From positions 7,230-71,229 of the forward strand of contig CAZNIK010000002.1 in assembly GCA_964573095.1 (NCBI GenBank): a stretch of 64,000 nucleotides of DNA, written 5' to 3'. Position 1 is the stretch's first letter; each line of letters opens with the position of its first letter. The translations under genes and the position numbers were made by a program. Under the pieces are notes generated by a model, which was not told where the DNA came from, searched no databases, and saw nothing but the letters and a program-made list of their open reading frames with translations. Source of the DNA: an uncultured Candidatus Saccharibacteria bacterium. GTDB lineage: Bacteria; Patescibacteriota; Saccharimonadia; Saccharimonadales; 2-12-FULL-41-12. Below are positions 63,847-64,000 of the stretch, piece after piece.

Positions 63847-64000
63847 TCCGTTATCGTCCTATTCCCTATCTCTTCTATGTTGGTTTTGATATATCATGCG
63901 CATGAACTGTCTCTTCCGAGTACAAACCCCCGAGGGGTGTACATCTGTTAATTGCAGTATACCACAAGCGTTTTAGATAGTAATTACTTTTTACAAGATC

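Overview
Gene-dense 64-kb chromosomal segment using the standard genetic code (TGA, TAA and TAG all act as stops). All family calls rest on motifs I recognised by eye; no searches were run.

Likely source (inference): a reduced-genome monoderm of the Saccharibacteria/CPR (Patescibacteria) type. Supporting content: a secretin-less type IV pilus locus with PilT, an LPXTG protein, giant surface proteins, many ORFans and very short spacers.

Housekeeping genes: gyrA (partial, missed by the ORF track)-gyrB, comM, infC-rpmI-rplT, purD, RNase P RNA, rpmB, miaA, thrS, nrdR, ndk, xerC/D-like recombinase, and six tRNAs (Pro-GGG, Val-GAC, Gly-CCC, Thr-CGU, Asp-GUC, Arg-CCU).

Accessory content, left to right:
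1. 6.4-10.3 kb: an operon around a stand-alone VirD4/TraD-like ATPase, behind a ~240-nt structured leader that ends in a terminator.
2. 10.3-11.3 kb: an unusually long non-coding stretch.
3. 27.5-32.1 kb: a tRNA-flanked island of five ORFans.
4. 32.9-40.9 kb: a tandemly duplicated cassette of giant adhesin-like protein plus small anchored protein, with swapped N-terminal heads (Kelch propeller versus beta-helix-like).
5. 41.0-46.2 kb: a cluster I consider the best candidate for an undescribed system. It has two paralogous secreted beta-rich subunits, a membrane-anchored two-Ig-domain chaperone-like protein, a PKD membrane protein and a PrsA-like foldase, with no usher or sortase signal.
6. 49.2-63.8 kb: a complete pilM-(orf60)-pilN-pilO-orf78-pilB-pilT-pilC-pilA-pilD plus minor-pilin locus, interrupted by an Lnt-like gene.

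Not found: rRNA, CRISPR array, transposase or prophage genes.
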